DNA of 64,000 nt from Malacoraja senta (Eukaryota): NCBI GenBank assembly GCA_038087875.1, contig CM075996.1, forward strand, positions 2,172,001-2,236,000, in the 5' to 3' direction. The notes below the pieces were generated by a model that was not told where the DNA came from, searched no databases, and worked only from the letters and a program-made list of their open reading frames with translations. The position numbers were made by a program, and so were the translations under genes. This document shows positions 21,301-35,120 of this stretch, piece by piece; the stretch's first letter is position 1, and every line of letters starts with the position of its first letter.

Positions 21301-22016
21301 GCATTATTTCAGCATCGGCTGGGTAGGGGTGAAGGTTATCCAGGGGGTCTTTAATAGATGGGTAAAAATGACAGGTCAATGCTGGTATCCCCACCCTCGT
21401 ATGAGAGAGACAAGTGTGTGAGACCTTCGTAGAGAGAGGCAGCGATTTCGCACGGATTCTGCAGCGTTTACAAGCACGCCCGCCTCACAGCGCCGGGGAC
21501 CCGGGTTCGATCCTGACCTCGGCGACCATCTATCCGGAGATCGCACCTTCTCCCCGTGACCCCGTGGGTTTCCTCCGGGTGCTCCGGTTTCCTCCCACGT
21601 GCGGGTTTGCAAAAGGGGTGAGAGAGGAGTTGGCAGAGACGTGAGAGTCACAGCACGGAGAGAGGCCCTTCAGCCCAACTCACCCATACCGGCCATGTTG
21701 CCCCATCTACAGTATGTTAGCCCCATTCACCTGCATTTACCCCATATCCCGACAAACCTTTCCTATCCAAATGGCTGTCAAATGCTTTTATTGTACCTGC
21801 CTCAACTACCTCCCCTGGCAGCTCGTTCCATACACCCACTCCCCCTCTAAGTGAAAAAGTTGCCCCTCGGGTTCCTATTACAGTTTTTGCCCATTGCTTG
21901 AACACTATAGACCCATGCTTAGATCAAAGTAACACAACTTGAAGTTTTTGTTACTATACCTTAAACACATGTAACCATACCTTAAACAAAAGCGCTGCTT
22001 TGCACTTTAGTTGCAA

Positions 22017-22100
22017 TTCTGCAACACACTTGCTCCTTTCTGCAACACACTTGCTCCTTTCTGCAACACACTTGCTCCTTTCTGCAACACACTTGCTCCT
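22017..22100. repeat. 21-bp minisatellite x4 (ttctgcaacacacttgctcct)
   Basis: Seen directly; gives FCNTLAP x4 in the ORF track. Confidence 0.9.
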
Positions 22101-22243
22101 CCACACTACACACTATTTCATTTTTTAGATTTAGATTTAGATTCCTTTATTGTCATTCAGACCTTTCGGTCTGAACGAAATTTCGTTGCCTGCAGTCATA
22201 CATATAATAAATAACAAACCACACAATAAACACAAATTAACAT

Positions 22244-22443
22244 NNNNNNNNNNNNNNNNNNNNNNNNNNNNNNNNNNNNNNNNNNNNNNNNNNNNNNNNN
22301 NNNNNNNNNNNNNNNNNNNNNNNNNNNNNNNNNNNNNNNNNNNNNNNNNNNNNNNNNNNNNNNNNNNNNNNNNNNNNNNNNNNNNNNNNNNNNNNNNNNN
22401 NNNNNNNNNNNNNNNNNNNNNNNNNNNNNNNNNNNNNNNNNNN
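22244..22443. other. Assembly gap (200 N)
   Basis: N run. Confidence 1.
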
Positions 22444-23604
22444 CCTTGTTCAACTCCATCTGATTATCAGCGCAAATCCCTAATATTCATTCCCTGTTAA
22501 TACGTTGACCCTTCTTGTGAAACTGATATGACTATAACATTATCACATCAGTACTCAGGGTCCTCATTAAGGCCCGTGCCGTTTACACTGCAAGCTCTCA
22601 GCCATTCTGCTCAGGCTCCCGTGGACTTACTGCAGTCGTAGGAGAGAGAAGTGGAACAGAACTGCTGTTAAATGTTCAGAATTGTTTTTTTCCCTGGGAA
22701 ACATGACACCTCACTGTATCAGCGCAAAATTGGATACGCCACGGATTCTAAATCTGGAGTCTCGGGGGAAGTGTTGGAAGCGCACTTAAGTTTGCAGAGG
22801 AGATGTGACTGCACGGCTCACGGCTTCTGTTGTGACCTTGAGATTGCTGAGATGCTAAAACTGGCAGAGTTCTCTCGACAGCCGCCTCTGCGGCTCTGTT
22901 TGTCCCCCCCCCCCCCCCCCCCCAAGCATTGCAGCAAACTAATAATACAGAGATCAGCGTGGGTGGAGATGGGGGAATACAACCTGTCGGCATTGAACGT
23001 GCCACCTCAGAGGCGAGCATGGGAGTCGACACAGCCAGCTCACAACTTTGTATCAGGAGGTGTGACCACACATTCTTCCAAAAGCCCCGCTCTGATCCCG
23101 ATCACTGGGAGACAATACACCTCACCCCCTCCATGACACACTAACCAACCTGAGGAGCACCTTCAGCAACAGACCGGTCCCACCAAGATGTAGTATGGAG
23201 CGCCACAGGAGATCCTTCTTCCCTGTGGCTATCAAACTGTACAACTCCTCCCCCCTTGTGTTGTGGAGTAGACTGAGACTGACTCCCCCCCCCCCCCCCC
23301 CCCATCGCCAATCTTTGCACATCCCCAATCCTTTCCACTCGTCACTTTAATTTCATGTATCTTGTGTTTTTATGACTGTTGGCAGATCGATTTCCATCCT
23401 GGGATAAATAAAGTTTTATCGTGTCGTATTGTTTCTGCAGGCCAGGAGGAGTGGATTTCAAGCACCAAGGACAGCGATTGCCTGCCCGAAAACTCCAGCG
23501 CCCTGGACAACACTAAGCTAAAGGCAGGCCACATGCAGAGGACATTAACCTTAATGTCCAATTAGCTGGGCCTGGTTAGAGTGGATGGGGTGGGAGCGTC
23601 ATGA

Positions 23605-24005
23605 GTTGGAGTTTAGAAGGATGATGGGGGACCTCATAGAAACCTACCAAATAGTGAAAGGCCTGGATAGAGCGGATGTGGAGAGGATGTTTCCACTAGT
23701 GGGAGAGTCTAGGACCAGAGGTCACAGCCTCAAAATTAAAGGATGTACCTTTAGGAAGGAGATGAGGAGGAATTTCTTTAGTCAGAGGGCGGTGAATCTG
23801 TGGAACTCATTGCCACAGACGGCTGTGGAGGCCAAGTCAATGGATATTTTTAATGCAGAGATAGATGGATTCTTGATTAGTACGGGTGTCAGGGTTTATG
23901 GGGAGAAGGCAGGAGAATGGGGTTAGGAGGTAGAGATAGATCAGCCACGATTGAATGGCGGAGTAGACTTGTAGGGCCGAATGACCTAATTCTGCTCCTA
24001 TCACT
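23605..24005 (+). mobile_element. CR1 LINE 3' fragment (second subfamily)
   Basis: LEFRRMMGDLIETY...RVYGEKAGEWG plus 3'UTR. Confidence 0.85.
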
Positions 24006-24370
24006 GGTGAACCTATGGACCGTTAGTGTCATATGTAACGAAATGGAACTATTAAATTCTTATCGGCTGAGTTTTTTGAGGCAGCGCCTCCTGTAGATCG
24101 CTTGAATGATGGGGAGATCGGTACCTGTGATGGACCGGGCAGTGTCCACCACTAACTGCAGCAAATATATCAAACACTCAGCCCTTGGGCCCAACACTAA
24201 TGTGTGGGGGGCTTCCGCCTGTCATAATGGGCTCACTGGACAAAGGGAAGAACCGGGGGTCTTACTTTCTGCGCCTCAAGGTCGGCTGTGGGAGGCGCCC
24301 CCCCCCCCAGTGAATAAGGGTTGAAGGGGGCCATGAGGGTAGAGGACGTCCGGGATGGTGGCAGTGGCTG

Positions 24371-24680
24371 TTTAGTTTAGAGATACAGCGCGGAAACAGG
24401 CCCTTCATCCCACCAAGTCCGCGCCGACCAGCGATCCCTGCACACCGACACTATCCCACACACACAGTAGGGACAATTTACATTTATACCAAGCCAAATA
24501 ACCTACAAACCTGTTCGTCCTTTGAAGTGTGGAGGAAACTGAAGATTTTGGAGAAAACCCACGCGGTCACGGGGAGAACGTACAAACTCTGTACGGACAG
24601 CACCCGTAGTCAGGATCGAACCCGGGACTCTGGCACTGTAAGCGCTGTAAGGCAACAACTCTACCGCTGTGCCACCGTGG
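24371..24680 (-). mobile_element. HE1-type V-SINE
   Basis: Head, V-domain and tail on the reverse strand. Confidence 0.85.
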
Positions 24681-25325
24681 CCTTCGAGAACAGCTGCAGC
24701 TGGGACTAATATGGTTCCAAAATGGAGCCTCTTGCCTACAGACTCAGTGGGCTGTTGTGCACATTCTGGAGTATTCGGGGGGGGGGGGAGGGGGGGGTTG
24801 TGCTCATCAATGTTGGTAGTCTTACTGAACTAGATGCAAAAAGGTATTTTACTGTACCTGGGTATACATGATAATAAAGAAACCATTGGACCCATCTACA
24901 CAGATTGTTGCTGGGATGAAGCTGTCCTTGAACCTGGAGGTCACGGTTCTCGAGGTGCTGTACCTTCATCCCGATGGTAGGCGTGAGAAGAGATATTGGT
25001 TGGTTCCCCAGATAACCCCCTTGTTCTTCAAGTGGTACTCGTGATATCTTTTACTTCTGAGAGAGCAGACAGCGTCTCCGACCAACATCTCATTGCCAAG
25101 ATATTAAAGTCAGGACTGTGAAACCAGACAATCTACTTCACTACTGCCTGAGACCATTTCAATCGCAAACATGCATGTTGTTTACGACCATAGATCTGGA
25201 TGGGAATTAAAGCTGCCTTTTATTTTTAACCAAATTAATTTAGAGGAAGCAGAAAGTGATTTGGTCTCAATGCCTTTGGGAGTTCCAAGTTTGATTTCTA
25301 CTCCCTGCTGGTGCAGTTATGCTTA

Positions 25326-28300
25326 GATACATAGATACATAGAAAATAGGTGCAGGAGTAGGCCATTCGGCCCTTCGAGCCTGCACCGCCATTCAATACG
25401 ATCATGGCTGATCATCCAACTCAGTATCCCGTACCTGCCTTCTCTCCATACCCCCTGATCCCTTTAGCCACAAGGGCCACATCTAATTCCTTCTTAAATA
25501 TAGCCAATGAACTGGCCTCAACTACCCTCTGTGGCAGAGAGTTCCAGTGATTCACCACTCTCTGTGTGAAAAAGTTTTTCCTCATCTCGGTCCTAAAGGA
25601 TTTCCCCCTTATCCTTAAGCTGTGACCCCTTGTCCTGGACTTCCCCAACATCGGGAACAATCTTCCTGCATCTAGCCTGTCCAACCCCATAAGAATCTTG
25701 TACGTTTCTATAAGATCCCCTCTCAATCTCCTAAATTCTAGCGAGTATAAGCCAAGTCTATCCAGTCTTTCTTCATATGAAAGTCCTGACATCCCAGGAA
25801 TCAGTCTGGTGAACCTTCTCTGCACTCCCTCTATGGCTATAATGTCCTTCCTCAGATTTGGAGACCAAAACTGTACGCAATACTCCAGGTGTGGTCTCAC
25901 CAAGACCCTGTACAACTGCAGTAGAACCTCGCTGCTCCTATACTCAAATCCTCTTGCTATGAAGGCCAACATACCATTCGCTTTCTTCACTGCCTGCTGC
26001 ACCTGCATGCCTACTTTCAATGACTGGTGTACCATGACACCCAGGTCTCGCTGCATCTCCCCATTTCCTAATCGGCCACCATTTAGATAATAGTCTGCCT
26101 TCCCGTTTTTGCTACCAAAGTGGATAACCTCACATTTATCCACATTATACTGCATCTGCCAAACATTTGCCCACTCACCCAGCCTATCCAAGTCACCTTG
26201 CAGTCTCCTAGCATCCTCCTCACAGCTAACACTGCCCCCCAGCTTAGTGTCATCCGCAAACTTGGAGATGTTGCTTTCAATTCCCTCGTCCAGATCATTA
26301 ATATAAATTGTAAATAGCTGGGGTCCCAGCACTGAGCCTTGCGGTACCCCACTAGTCACTGCCTGCCATTGTGAAAAGGACCCGTTTACTCCTACTCTTT
26401 GCTTCCTGTTTGCCAGCCAGTTCTCTATCCACATCAATACTGAACCCCCAATACCGTGTGATTTAAGTTTGTATCCTAATCTCTTATGTGGTACCTTATC
26501 GAAAGCCTTCTGAAAGTCCAGATACAACACATCCACTGGTTCTCCCCTATCCACTCTACTAGTTACATCCTCGAAAAATTCTATAAGATTCGTCAGACAC
26601 GATTTACCTTTCGTAAATCCATGCTGACTTTGTCCAATGATTTCACCACTTTCCAAATGTGCTGCTATCCCATCTTTAATAACTGACTCTAGCAGTTTCC
26701 CCACTACCGATGTTAGACTAACTGGTCTGTAATTCCCCGTTTTCTCTCTCCCTCCCTTCTTAAAAAGTGGGGTTACGTTTGCTACCCTCCAATCCTCAGG
26801 AACTACTCCAGAATCTAAAGAGTTTTGAAAAATTATCACTAATGCATCCACTATTTCTGGAGCTACTTCCTTAAGTACTCTGGGATGCAGCCTATCTGGC
26901 CCCTGGTGATTTATCGGCCTTTAATCCATTCAATTTACCCAACACCACTTCCCGACTAACCTGGATTTCACTCAGTTCCTCCATCTCCTTTGACCCGCGG
27001 CCCCCTGCTATTTCCGGCAGATTATTTATGTCTTCCTTAGTGAAGACGGAACCAAAGTAGTTATTCAATTGGTCTGCCATATCCTTGTTCCCCATGATCA
27101 ATTCACCTGTTTCTGACTGCAAGGGACCTACATTTGATTTAACTAATCTCTTTCTCTTCACATATCTATAAAAACTTTTGCAGTCAGTTTTTATGTTCCC
27201 TGCCAGTTTCCTTTCATAATCTATTTTCCCTTTCCTAATTAAGCCCTTTGTCCTCCTCTGCTGGTCTCTGAATTTCTCCCAGTCCTCTGGTATGCTGCTT
27301 TTTCTAGCTAATTTGTACGCATCATCTTTTGCTTTGATACTATCCCTGATTTCCCTTGTTATCCACGGATGCACTACCTTCCTTGATTTATTCTTTTGCC
27401 AAACTGGATGAACAATTTTTGTAGTTCATCCATGCAGTCTTTAAATGCCTTCCATTGCATATCCACCGTCAACCCTTTTAGAACTAATTGCCAGTCAATC
27501 TTGGCCAATTCACATCTCATACCCTCAAAGTTACCTTTCTTTAAGTTCAGAACCGTTGTTTCTGAATTAACAATGTCACTCTCCATCCTAATGAAGAACT
27601 CAACCATATTATGGTCACTCTTGCCCAAGGGGGCACGCACAACAAGTCTGCTAACTAACCCTTCCTCATTACTCAATACCCAGTCTAGAATAGCCTGCTC
27701 TCTCGTTGGTTCCTCTACATGTTGGTTTAGATAACTATCCCTCATACATTCCAAGAAATCCTCTTCCTCAGCACCCCTGCCAATTTGATTCACCCAATCT
27801 ATATGTAGATTGAAGTCACCCATTATAACTGTTTTGCCTTTGTTGCACGCATTTCTAATTTCCTGTTTGATGCCATCCCCAACTTCACTACTACTGCTAG
27901 GTGGCCTGTACACAACGCCCACCAGCGTTTTCTGCCCCTTAGTGTTTCGCAGCTCTACCCATACCGATTCCACATCCTCCAAGCTAATGTCCTTCCTTTC
28001 CACTGCGTTAATCTCCTCTCTAACCAGCAACGCTACCCCACCTCCTTTTCCTTTCTCTCTATCCCTCCTGAATATTGAATATCCCTGGATGTTCAGCTCC
28101 CAGCCTTGGTCACCTTGGAGCCATGTCTCCGTGATCCCAACTATATCATAATCATTAATTGCTATCTGCACGTTCAACTCATCCACCTTATTACGAATGC
28201 TCCTTGCATTGAGACACCAAAGCCTTCAGGCTTGTTTTTACAACGCTCTTACCCCTTATACAATTATGTTGAAAAGTGGCTCTTTTTGATTTTTGCCCTG

Positions 28301-28735
28301 AATTTGTCTGCCTGCCACTTTTACCTTTCACCTTGCTACCTATTGCTTCCGCCCGCATTTTACACCCCTCTGTTTCTCTGCTCACCCATTTAAGAACCCC
28401 ACCACCTCTTATTCTCTGTTTATTATTGTTTTCTTCTTTCACCCCTACATGTTGGGTCTGAGTGCTTTCCTTCTCTGCCTCCTGCCTCACACACTGTCTA
28501 ATAGCATTCTCTATTTGAGTCCCTCCCCCCAACCATTCTAGTTTAAAGTCTCCCCAGTAGCCTTTGCAGATCTCCCCGCCAGGATATCAGTCCCCCTCAG
28601 GTTCAAGTGCAACCCATCCTTTTTGTACAGGTCGAACCTTCCACAAAAGAAGTCCCAATGATCCAGAAATTTGAATCCCTGCCTTCTGCACCAGTCCTTC
28701 AGCCACGCATTTATCCTCCACCTCGCTCCATTAAT
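25326..28735 (-). mobile_element. CR1 (HER1-type) LINE, 3.4 kb: end of ORF1 (SGNH esterase) plus the whole ORF2 (APE + RT) with a few frameshifts
   Basis: ORF1 remnant 28538-28732 reads WLKDWCRRQGFKFLDHWDFF...KDGLHLNLRG. APE in 27374-28186 (GITETW, VYRPP, MGDFN, GKSDH); RT in 25421-26851 ([27 protein letters not shown]). Ends in a (ctatgtat) tail. Confidence 0.95.
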
Positions 28736-29124
28736 TAACTTTGCTACACCATTCTGGTATGGAATAGTAAGTGTAATAACCAGTGTGAAAAATCTATTTA
28801 AACATGTCTGGTGAGATTCACTGACATTGGACCCTGGGGAAATGGGAAGTCATTTCTGCCCTGAAATATAAATAGGCATTTTACACTTTACCAATTAGAC
28901 GCAGTCTAATAGAGACACTAGCAAGATGTGAACGTGTTGTGCCTATGTTGCAGAGTGAGGATGTTAATTTCACAAGCCTGAATAATGCCTTATCATTAAT
29001 TACATTTGTAAATGTTACCAGAGTGGCAAATTCAATCCAGATTGTCATTACATGAAGGACATTCAGTTCAAATTAATAAAAGAATGGATTAGAAACATAG
29101 AAATACAAAATTGCAGTGAATACA

Positions 29125-30340
29125 AGCCCAGACGATCCATTCTTTCATCATATGTCAGACTCGCCATCCCGAGAATTAAACTAGTGAGCAACGCTGCACT
29201 CCCTCAATAGCAAGAATGTCTTTCCTCAAATTACGAGACCAAAAATGCACCAGGTGCGGTCTCACCAGGGCCCTGTACAACTACAGTAGGACCTCCTTGC
29301 TCCTATACTCAAATCCTCTCGCTATGAAGGCCAACATGCCATTTGCTTTCTTCGCTGCCTGCTGTACCTGCATGCTTACTTTCAGTGACTGATGTACAAG
29401 GGCACCCTGGTCTCATTACACCTCCCCTTTTCCTAATCTGACTCCATGCAGATAATAATCTGTCTTCTTGTTCTTGCCACCAAATTGGATCACCTCGCAT
29501 TTATCCACAATTATACTGCATCTGCCATGCATCTGCCCACTCACCCAACCAATCCAAGTCACCCTGCAGCCTCACAGCATCCTCCTCGCAGCTCACACTG
29601 CCACCCAGCTTTGTGTCATCCACAAACTTGGAGATGTTACATTTAATTCCTTCATCTAAATTGTTAATATACTTTGTAAATAACTGGGGTCCCAGCACAG
29701 AGCCTTGCGGCACCCTACTAGTCACTACAGCCTTGTGGCACCCCACTAGTCACTGACTAGTGGGGGCTCAGAGAACAAGGGGGACATCGGTGTGTACATT
29801 GGTGATGCAAGCCATGGAGATACATACAGTGGGCACCATGTTATAGGAAATATATTGTCAAGCTTGAAAGGGGTCAGAGAAGATTTACGAGGATGTTGCC
29901 AGGACTAGAGGGTGTGAGCTATAGGGACAGGTTGAGTAGGCTGGGTCTCTATTCCTTGTTGCGCAGAGGATGAGGGATGATCTTATGGATGTGTATAAAA
30001 TCATGAGGAATAAATTGGGTAGGTGCACCGAGTCTCTTGCCCAGAGTGGGGGAATCGAGGACCAGAGGACATACGTAGGTTTAAGGGAAAGGGGAAAAGA
30101 TTTAATAGGAATCTGAGGGGTAACTTTTTCACGCAAAGGGTGGTGGGTGTACAGAATGAGAGGTAGTTAGAATGAGGAGGTAGCTGAGGCTGGGACTATC
30201 CCAATATTTAAGAAATAGTTAGACATACATGGATAGGACCAAACGCAGGCAAGTGGGACTAGTGTAGCTGGGACATGTTGGCCAGTGTGGGCAAGTAGGG
30301 CCGAAGGGCCTGTTTCCACACTGTATCACTCTATGACTAT
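29125..30340. mobile_element. Two decayed CR1 fragments back to back (29125-29760 -, 29840-30340 +)
   Basis: RT and C-terminal motifs with stops and frameshifts. Confidence 0.75.
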
Positions 30341-32136
30341 GACAAACGAGGGTTTGGTCATAGCAAGTGTCAGGGAGGCTGGCAAAGCCTTTCTATCATC
30401 CAGGCAGGTCCTCACAATTGCCAACGTTTGACATTTCTCCGGCTGTGACCCTGTCACGCCAGAGCGGAGGCTGGAAGCTGGTCAAAAGCCCAAGGCTGAT
30501 TTGGTGGGGAGTGGGAATGGGCAGATTTCCAGCCTCCTAAGCTGAGCTTGGTTTGACCCAGATTTTGTGCTGCAGTCTGTTTGGATGTACATACTGGGGG
30601 GGAAAAACATTCTCTTCATATCTTTATCCAGGACAGGCTGAATTCCTCGTTAGACTATAGAAAGCGGTGGGCACTGCCCAGTCCATCACGGGTACTGACT
30701 TCCCCACCATCGAGGAGATCTACAGAGAGTGGCGGGCATTGCCCGGTCCATCTGACCCCCGCACTATTGAAAGGATTTACAGGAGATGCTGCCTCAAAAA
30801 GGCAGCTGATATCATCACACCACCCTAGCCATGCTCTCGTCTCATTGCTATAATCAGGAAGGAGGTACTGAGCCATAGGGAGAGGTTAGGCAGGCTAGGC
30901 AGTACGAGAAACCCGGGTTCGACCCTGACTACAGGTGCTATCTGTAAGGAGTTCAGAATCAGAATCAGAATCACACTTTATTCCCCAAGTATGTTTTGCA
31001 ACATACGAGGAATTTCATCGACCGGGTCAGTAATACAATTAAAAGCAACAGATCACTCAAAAACACATTTTAACATGAGTTTGTACGTTCTCCCTGTGAC
31101 CGTGTGGGTTTTCTCCAGGTGCACCCGTTTCCTCCCACACTCCAAACACGTACGGGTTTGTAGGTTTAAGAAGGAACTGCAGATGCTGGAAAATCGAAGG
31201 TAGACACAAAATGCTGGAGAAACTCAGCGGGTGAAGCAGCATCTATGGAGCGTAGATGGAGCATATGAAGGAAATAGGAAACAGCATCTACGGAGCATAT
31301 GAAGGAAATAGGCAACGTTTCGGGTCGAAACCCTTCGGGTCGAAACCCATAGATGCTGCCTCACCCGCTGAGTTTCTCCAGCATTTTTGTCTACCTTCGG
31401 GTTTGTTTTTGATAAAATTGTCCCTTGGGTGGAGGACAGTGCTAGTGTACAGGGTGATGGGTCTGTTTACGCGCTGTATCTCTAAAAAGGTTTTTTTAAA
31501 GGGTGGGGAGTCAGAGAGTTTTTCCCAGGACCAGGAAGTCTCAAACTAGAGGGCACAGGTTTAAGGTGAGAGAGGAGAAAATTTAAAGATATCTGAGTGG
31601 GAAAGTTTATCCATACAGGGAGTTGTGGATATCTGGAATGAACAGCCAGGGGAAGTGGTAGAGCAGATACAATTACAACATTTAAAAGGTATTTTGACAT
31701 ACTTGGATAGAACAAGTGGGATTTGTATGGGTAGTTGTGGATGAGCTGGGCTGTACGACAGTGGGATTGTAAGAAGATAAATGAAGAGAATGTGAGTTCA
31801 GTGGAGAGCAGAATTTCATCAAAAGCTCACAACTTATGTAACACGCCAAAGGGTCAACGTTCAAGAGGCTGATGAGTTGTCAATTGGAAAATTGTGGGCC
31901 TGTATTGATCACAGCCAATAATCAGATCAGGAACTCAGATAACATCATAGAGCAGGCAGCTGTGGTCAGCTGTGGATAGCACTGGTCAGAATCCATGGAG
32001 GCTGCACAAAACGATGAGCATGTCAATGCGATGGTTTGTCTTTTCCACTTATAGCTCCCTCACCCCTAATCCAGTGTCCACACCTTTCCCCCACCTTCTC
32101 CCTCCACAACCCACCCTGAAGCCACTGACCCACTGA

Positions 32137-32453
32137 GGCGGCATAGTGGCGCAGCGGTACAGTTGCTGCCTGAGAGCGCCAGAGACCCCGGTTCGATCCT
32201 GACTACGGGCTCCGTCTGCACGGAGTTTGTACGTTCTCCCCGTGACCAGTGTGGGTTTTCTCTGGGTGCTCTGGTTTCCTCCCACACTCCAAGGACGTCC
32301 GGGTTTGTAGGCTAATTGGCTTTCGGTAAAGATTGTAAATTGTCCCCAGTGTGTAGGATAGTGTTAGTGTGCGGGGATCACTGGTCGGCCCGGAATCGGT
32401 GGGCCGAAGGGCCAGTTTCTGTGCTGTATCTCTAAACTAAATGAAACTAAACT
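32137..32453 (+). mobile_element. Full-length HE1-type tRNA-derived V-SINE
   Basis: A-box-like tggcgcagcgg, B-box ggttcgatcct, V-domain, CR1-like 3' end and (taaac)n tail. Confidence 0.9.
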
Positions 32454-32889
32454 AGATTACAATAAACTGGGGGCTCGAAGCAGCATCTTAATAACCAGGT
32501 GACTCTGGCCTTTCCTGAGGAAGTGCCTCTGGATGAGGATGACTTGCATCCTCTGGGTTTGTGCATTCAGAGGCCAATGTGTTCAGAGGCCAGGGGTTCA
32601 TCCCAATCACTGTGGCTTATTGGGGCAACTTTTTTACACAGAGCGTGGCGAGTGTCTAGATGGTGCTGCCAGGGGTGGTGGTGTAGTCAGATACAATAGT
32701 GGCCTTTAAGAGACTTTTGGATAGGAATATGAATATGGAGAGAAATGGATTATGTCTGAAGTCTGAAGAAGGGTCTCGACCCGAAACGTCACCCATTCCT
32801 TTTCTCCAGAGGTGAGAGGTGCTGCCTGTCCCGCTGAGTTGATTTTGTGTCTACAATGGATTATGTGTAGGCAGATAGGCAGATGGTTG

Positions 32890-33420
32890 GCAATTTGAGG
32901 AAGGACATTCTTGCTATTGAGGGAGTGCAGCGTAGGTTTACAAGGTTAATTCCCGGGATGGCGGGACTGTCATATGCTGAGAGAATGGAGCAGCTGGGCT
33001 TGTACACTCTGGAGTTTAGAAGGATGAGAGGGTATCTCATTGAAACATATAAGATTGTTAAGGGCTTGGGCACGCTAGAGGCAGGAAACATGTTCCCGAT
33101 GTTGGGGGAGTCCAGAACCAGGGGCCACAGTTTAAGAATAAGGAGTAAGCCATTTAGAACGGAGACGAGGAAACACTTTTTCTCACAGAGAGTGGTGAGT
33201 CTGTGGAATTCTCTGCCTCAGAGGGCGGTGGATGCCGGTTCTCTGGATGCTTTCAAGAGAGAGCTAGATAGGGCTCTTAAAAATAGCGGAGTCAGGGGAT
33301 ATGGGGAGAAGGCAGGAACGGGGTACTGATTGGGGATGATCAGCCATGATCACATTGAATGGCCGTGCTGGCTCGAAGGGCCAAATGGCCTACTCTTGCA
33401 CCTATTGTCTATTGTCTATT
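32890..33420 (+). mobile_element. CR1 LINE 3' fragment
   Basis: ORF 32883-33329 is the CR1 ORF2 C-terminus, followed by the 3'UTR and tail. Confidence 0.9.
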
Positions 33421-33879
33421 GCCATCTTTATCAGCACAGACATCGTGGGCTGAAGGGCCTGTTCTAGTGCCATACTGTTCTATGTTCTATGTTCCAGTGC
33501 TGGTTCCTGCTAATCACTGGTTAGAGTGCCAAATAGCCCATCTTATACTGTGCCCATAGTATCAATCCATTTATCAATGTCTCTCCTCTGGGATTATCTT
33601 TATGTCCATTAGTTTGCATCCATCTAGCTCCCCACATCACTCTATACGTACGTTCTCTCAAGCTATTTCCTGACATGCGAACATTGTCCTCTAAAAAGCA
33701 TAGAGTGATTTCAGTCAATGCTCTTAGAGTGCTGCCTTTAATAATTTATTTATGGAATATGTAGCTATGAATGTATTTAAACCTATATATTTAGCCAATG
33801 ATAAAGGAGTTGTCGTTACCATGGTTATTGCTCAGGCAGATGTTGCCATCGATGCACATTAATAAATGTCATAAGACTA

Positions 33880-34230
33880 AGGAAGTTCAGCATGACCTCC
33901 ATAACTCTTCCCACTTTCTGCAGATGCACAGTGGAAAGCATCCTATCTGGTTGCATCACAGCTTGGTTTGGCAATAGCTCGGCTCAAGGCTGCAAGAAAT
34001 TAGTACAGAGATATTGTGGATGTGGCCCAGTACATCACACCGACCAGATCAAGACCAGACCAAGACTCGCCACCATCGACTCCATCTACACTTCACGCTG
34101 CCTCGGGAAAGCAGACAACACAATCGAATACCACTCGCTGCCCCGCTCATTCCCGCTCATTCCCTCTTCTGTTGGTCAGAAGATGAAGAGGGTTGGAAAC
34201 ACGTACCATCAGATTCAGGATGTTATCAGA
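33880..34230 (+). mobile_element. Old Rex1/Babar-like LINE 3' fragment
   Basis: FCRCTVESILSGCITAWFGNSSAQ parallels FYRCSIESILTYCVCVWYTSCTA of the element at 13572-16712. Confidence 0.7.
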
Positions 34231-34231
34231 C

Positions 34232-34670
34232 TAATAATAATAATAATAATAGATTTTATTTATATAGCGCTTTTCAGGACTCAAAGTCGCTTTACAATTG
34301 AGAGTCAGGAATAAACAAAACAAAATAGAGCAGTAAGGCAGAGGGGAGGGGAACATGGGACTAAGGGTATGCAGAGGTGAAGAGATGGGTCTTGAGGCGG
34401 GACTGGAAGATGGTGAGGGACTCAGAATTTCGGACCGGTTGTGGGAGGGAATTCCAGAGCCTGGGAGCTGCCCTGGAGAAGGCTCTGCCTCCAAAAGTGC
34501 AGAGGTTTGATTTCGGAGTGGAGAGGAGACCAGCTGATGTGGATCTGAGGGACCGTGAGGGTTGGTAGGGGGAGAGGAGGTCAATGAGATAAGGGGGGGC
34601 CAAGTGGTTGAGGGCTTTATAGGTGAGGACCAGGATTTTGTAGGTGATCCGGATTTTGTAGGTGATCCGG
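34232..34670 (-). mobile_element. L2-clade LINE 3' end with (TAT)n tail
   Basis: APPYLIDLL...SRSLRS...RAFSRAAPRLWNSLP...FQSRLKTHLF. A similar fragment lies at ~48065-48305 (-). Confidence 0.85.
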
Positions 34671-34700
34671 ACTACTGACCAGCCTTCCCATAAACTAGGG

Positions 34701-34800
34701 TAGGGGTCTCCAAACTATGGCCCGCGGGCCACATCCGGCCCGCCATGACATGTTATCCGGCCCGCAGCAAGCTCGTAACACGTTCCGTGTGGCGGGCTAT
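34701..34800 (+). mobile_element. hAT/Charlie-type DNA transposon terminus
   Basis: taggggtctccaaactatggcccgcgggccacatccggcccgcc resembles hAT-Charlie left ends. Confidence 0.55.
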
Positions 34801-34801
34801 T

Positions 34802-35120
34802 TAGCACGGCGGCGCAGCGGTAGAGTTGCTGCCTGACAGCGCTTGCAGCTCCGGAGACCCAGGTTCGATCCCGACTACGGGTGCTGTCTGTACGGAGTTT
34901 GTACGTTCTCCCCGTGACCGTGTGGGTTTTCTGCGAGATCTTCGGTTTCCTCCCACACTCCAAAGATGTGCAGGTTTATAGGTTAATTGGTTTGGGTTTG
35001 TATACCTGTAAATTGTGTAGGCTTGTGTTAACGTGCAGGGATCGCTGGTCGGTGCGGACTCGGTGGGCCGAAGGGCCGGTTTTCGCGCTGTATGTATCTC
35101 AAAACTAAAACTAAACTAAA
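34802..35120 (+). mobile_element. Full-length HE1-type V-SINE
   Basis: Same head, V-domain and tail organisation as 32137-32453. Confidence 0.9.

Noticed and set aside
22672..23565. ORFs 22672-23136 and 23362-23565 as exons
   Set aside because: No recognisable domain and no consistent splice pair.
25421..26851. 476-aa ORF as a host or domesticated gene
   Set aside because: Ordinary CR1 reverse transcriptase, with near-identical copies elsewhere in the window.
32137..32210. tRNA gene (also 34802, 44392, 48429)
   Set aside because: The A/B boxes belong to SINE heads that continue into V-domain and LINE-like tails; no complete cloverleaf or terminator.
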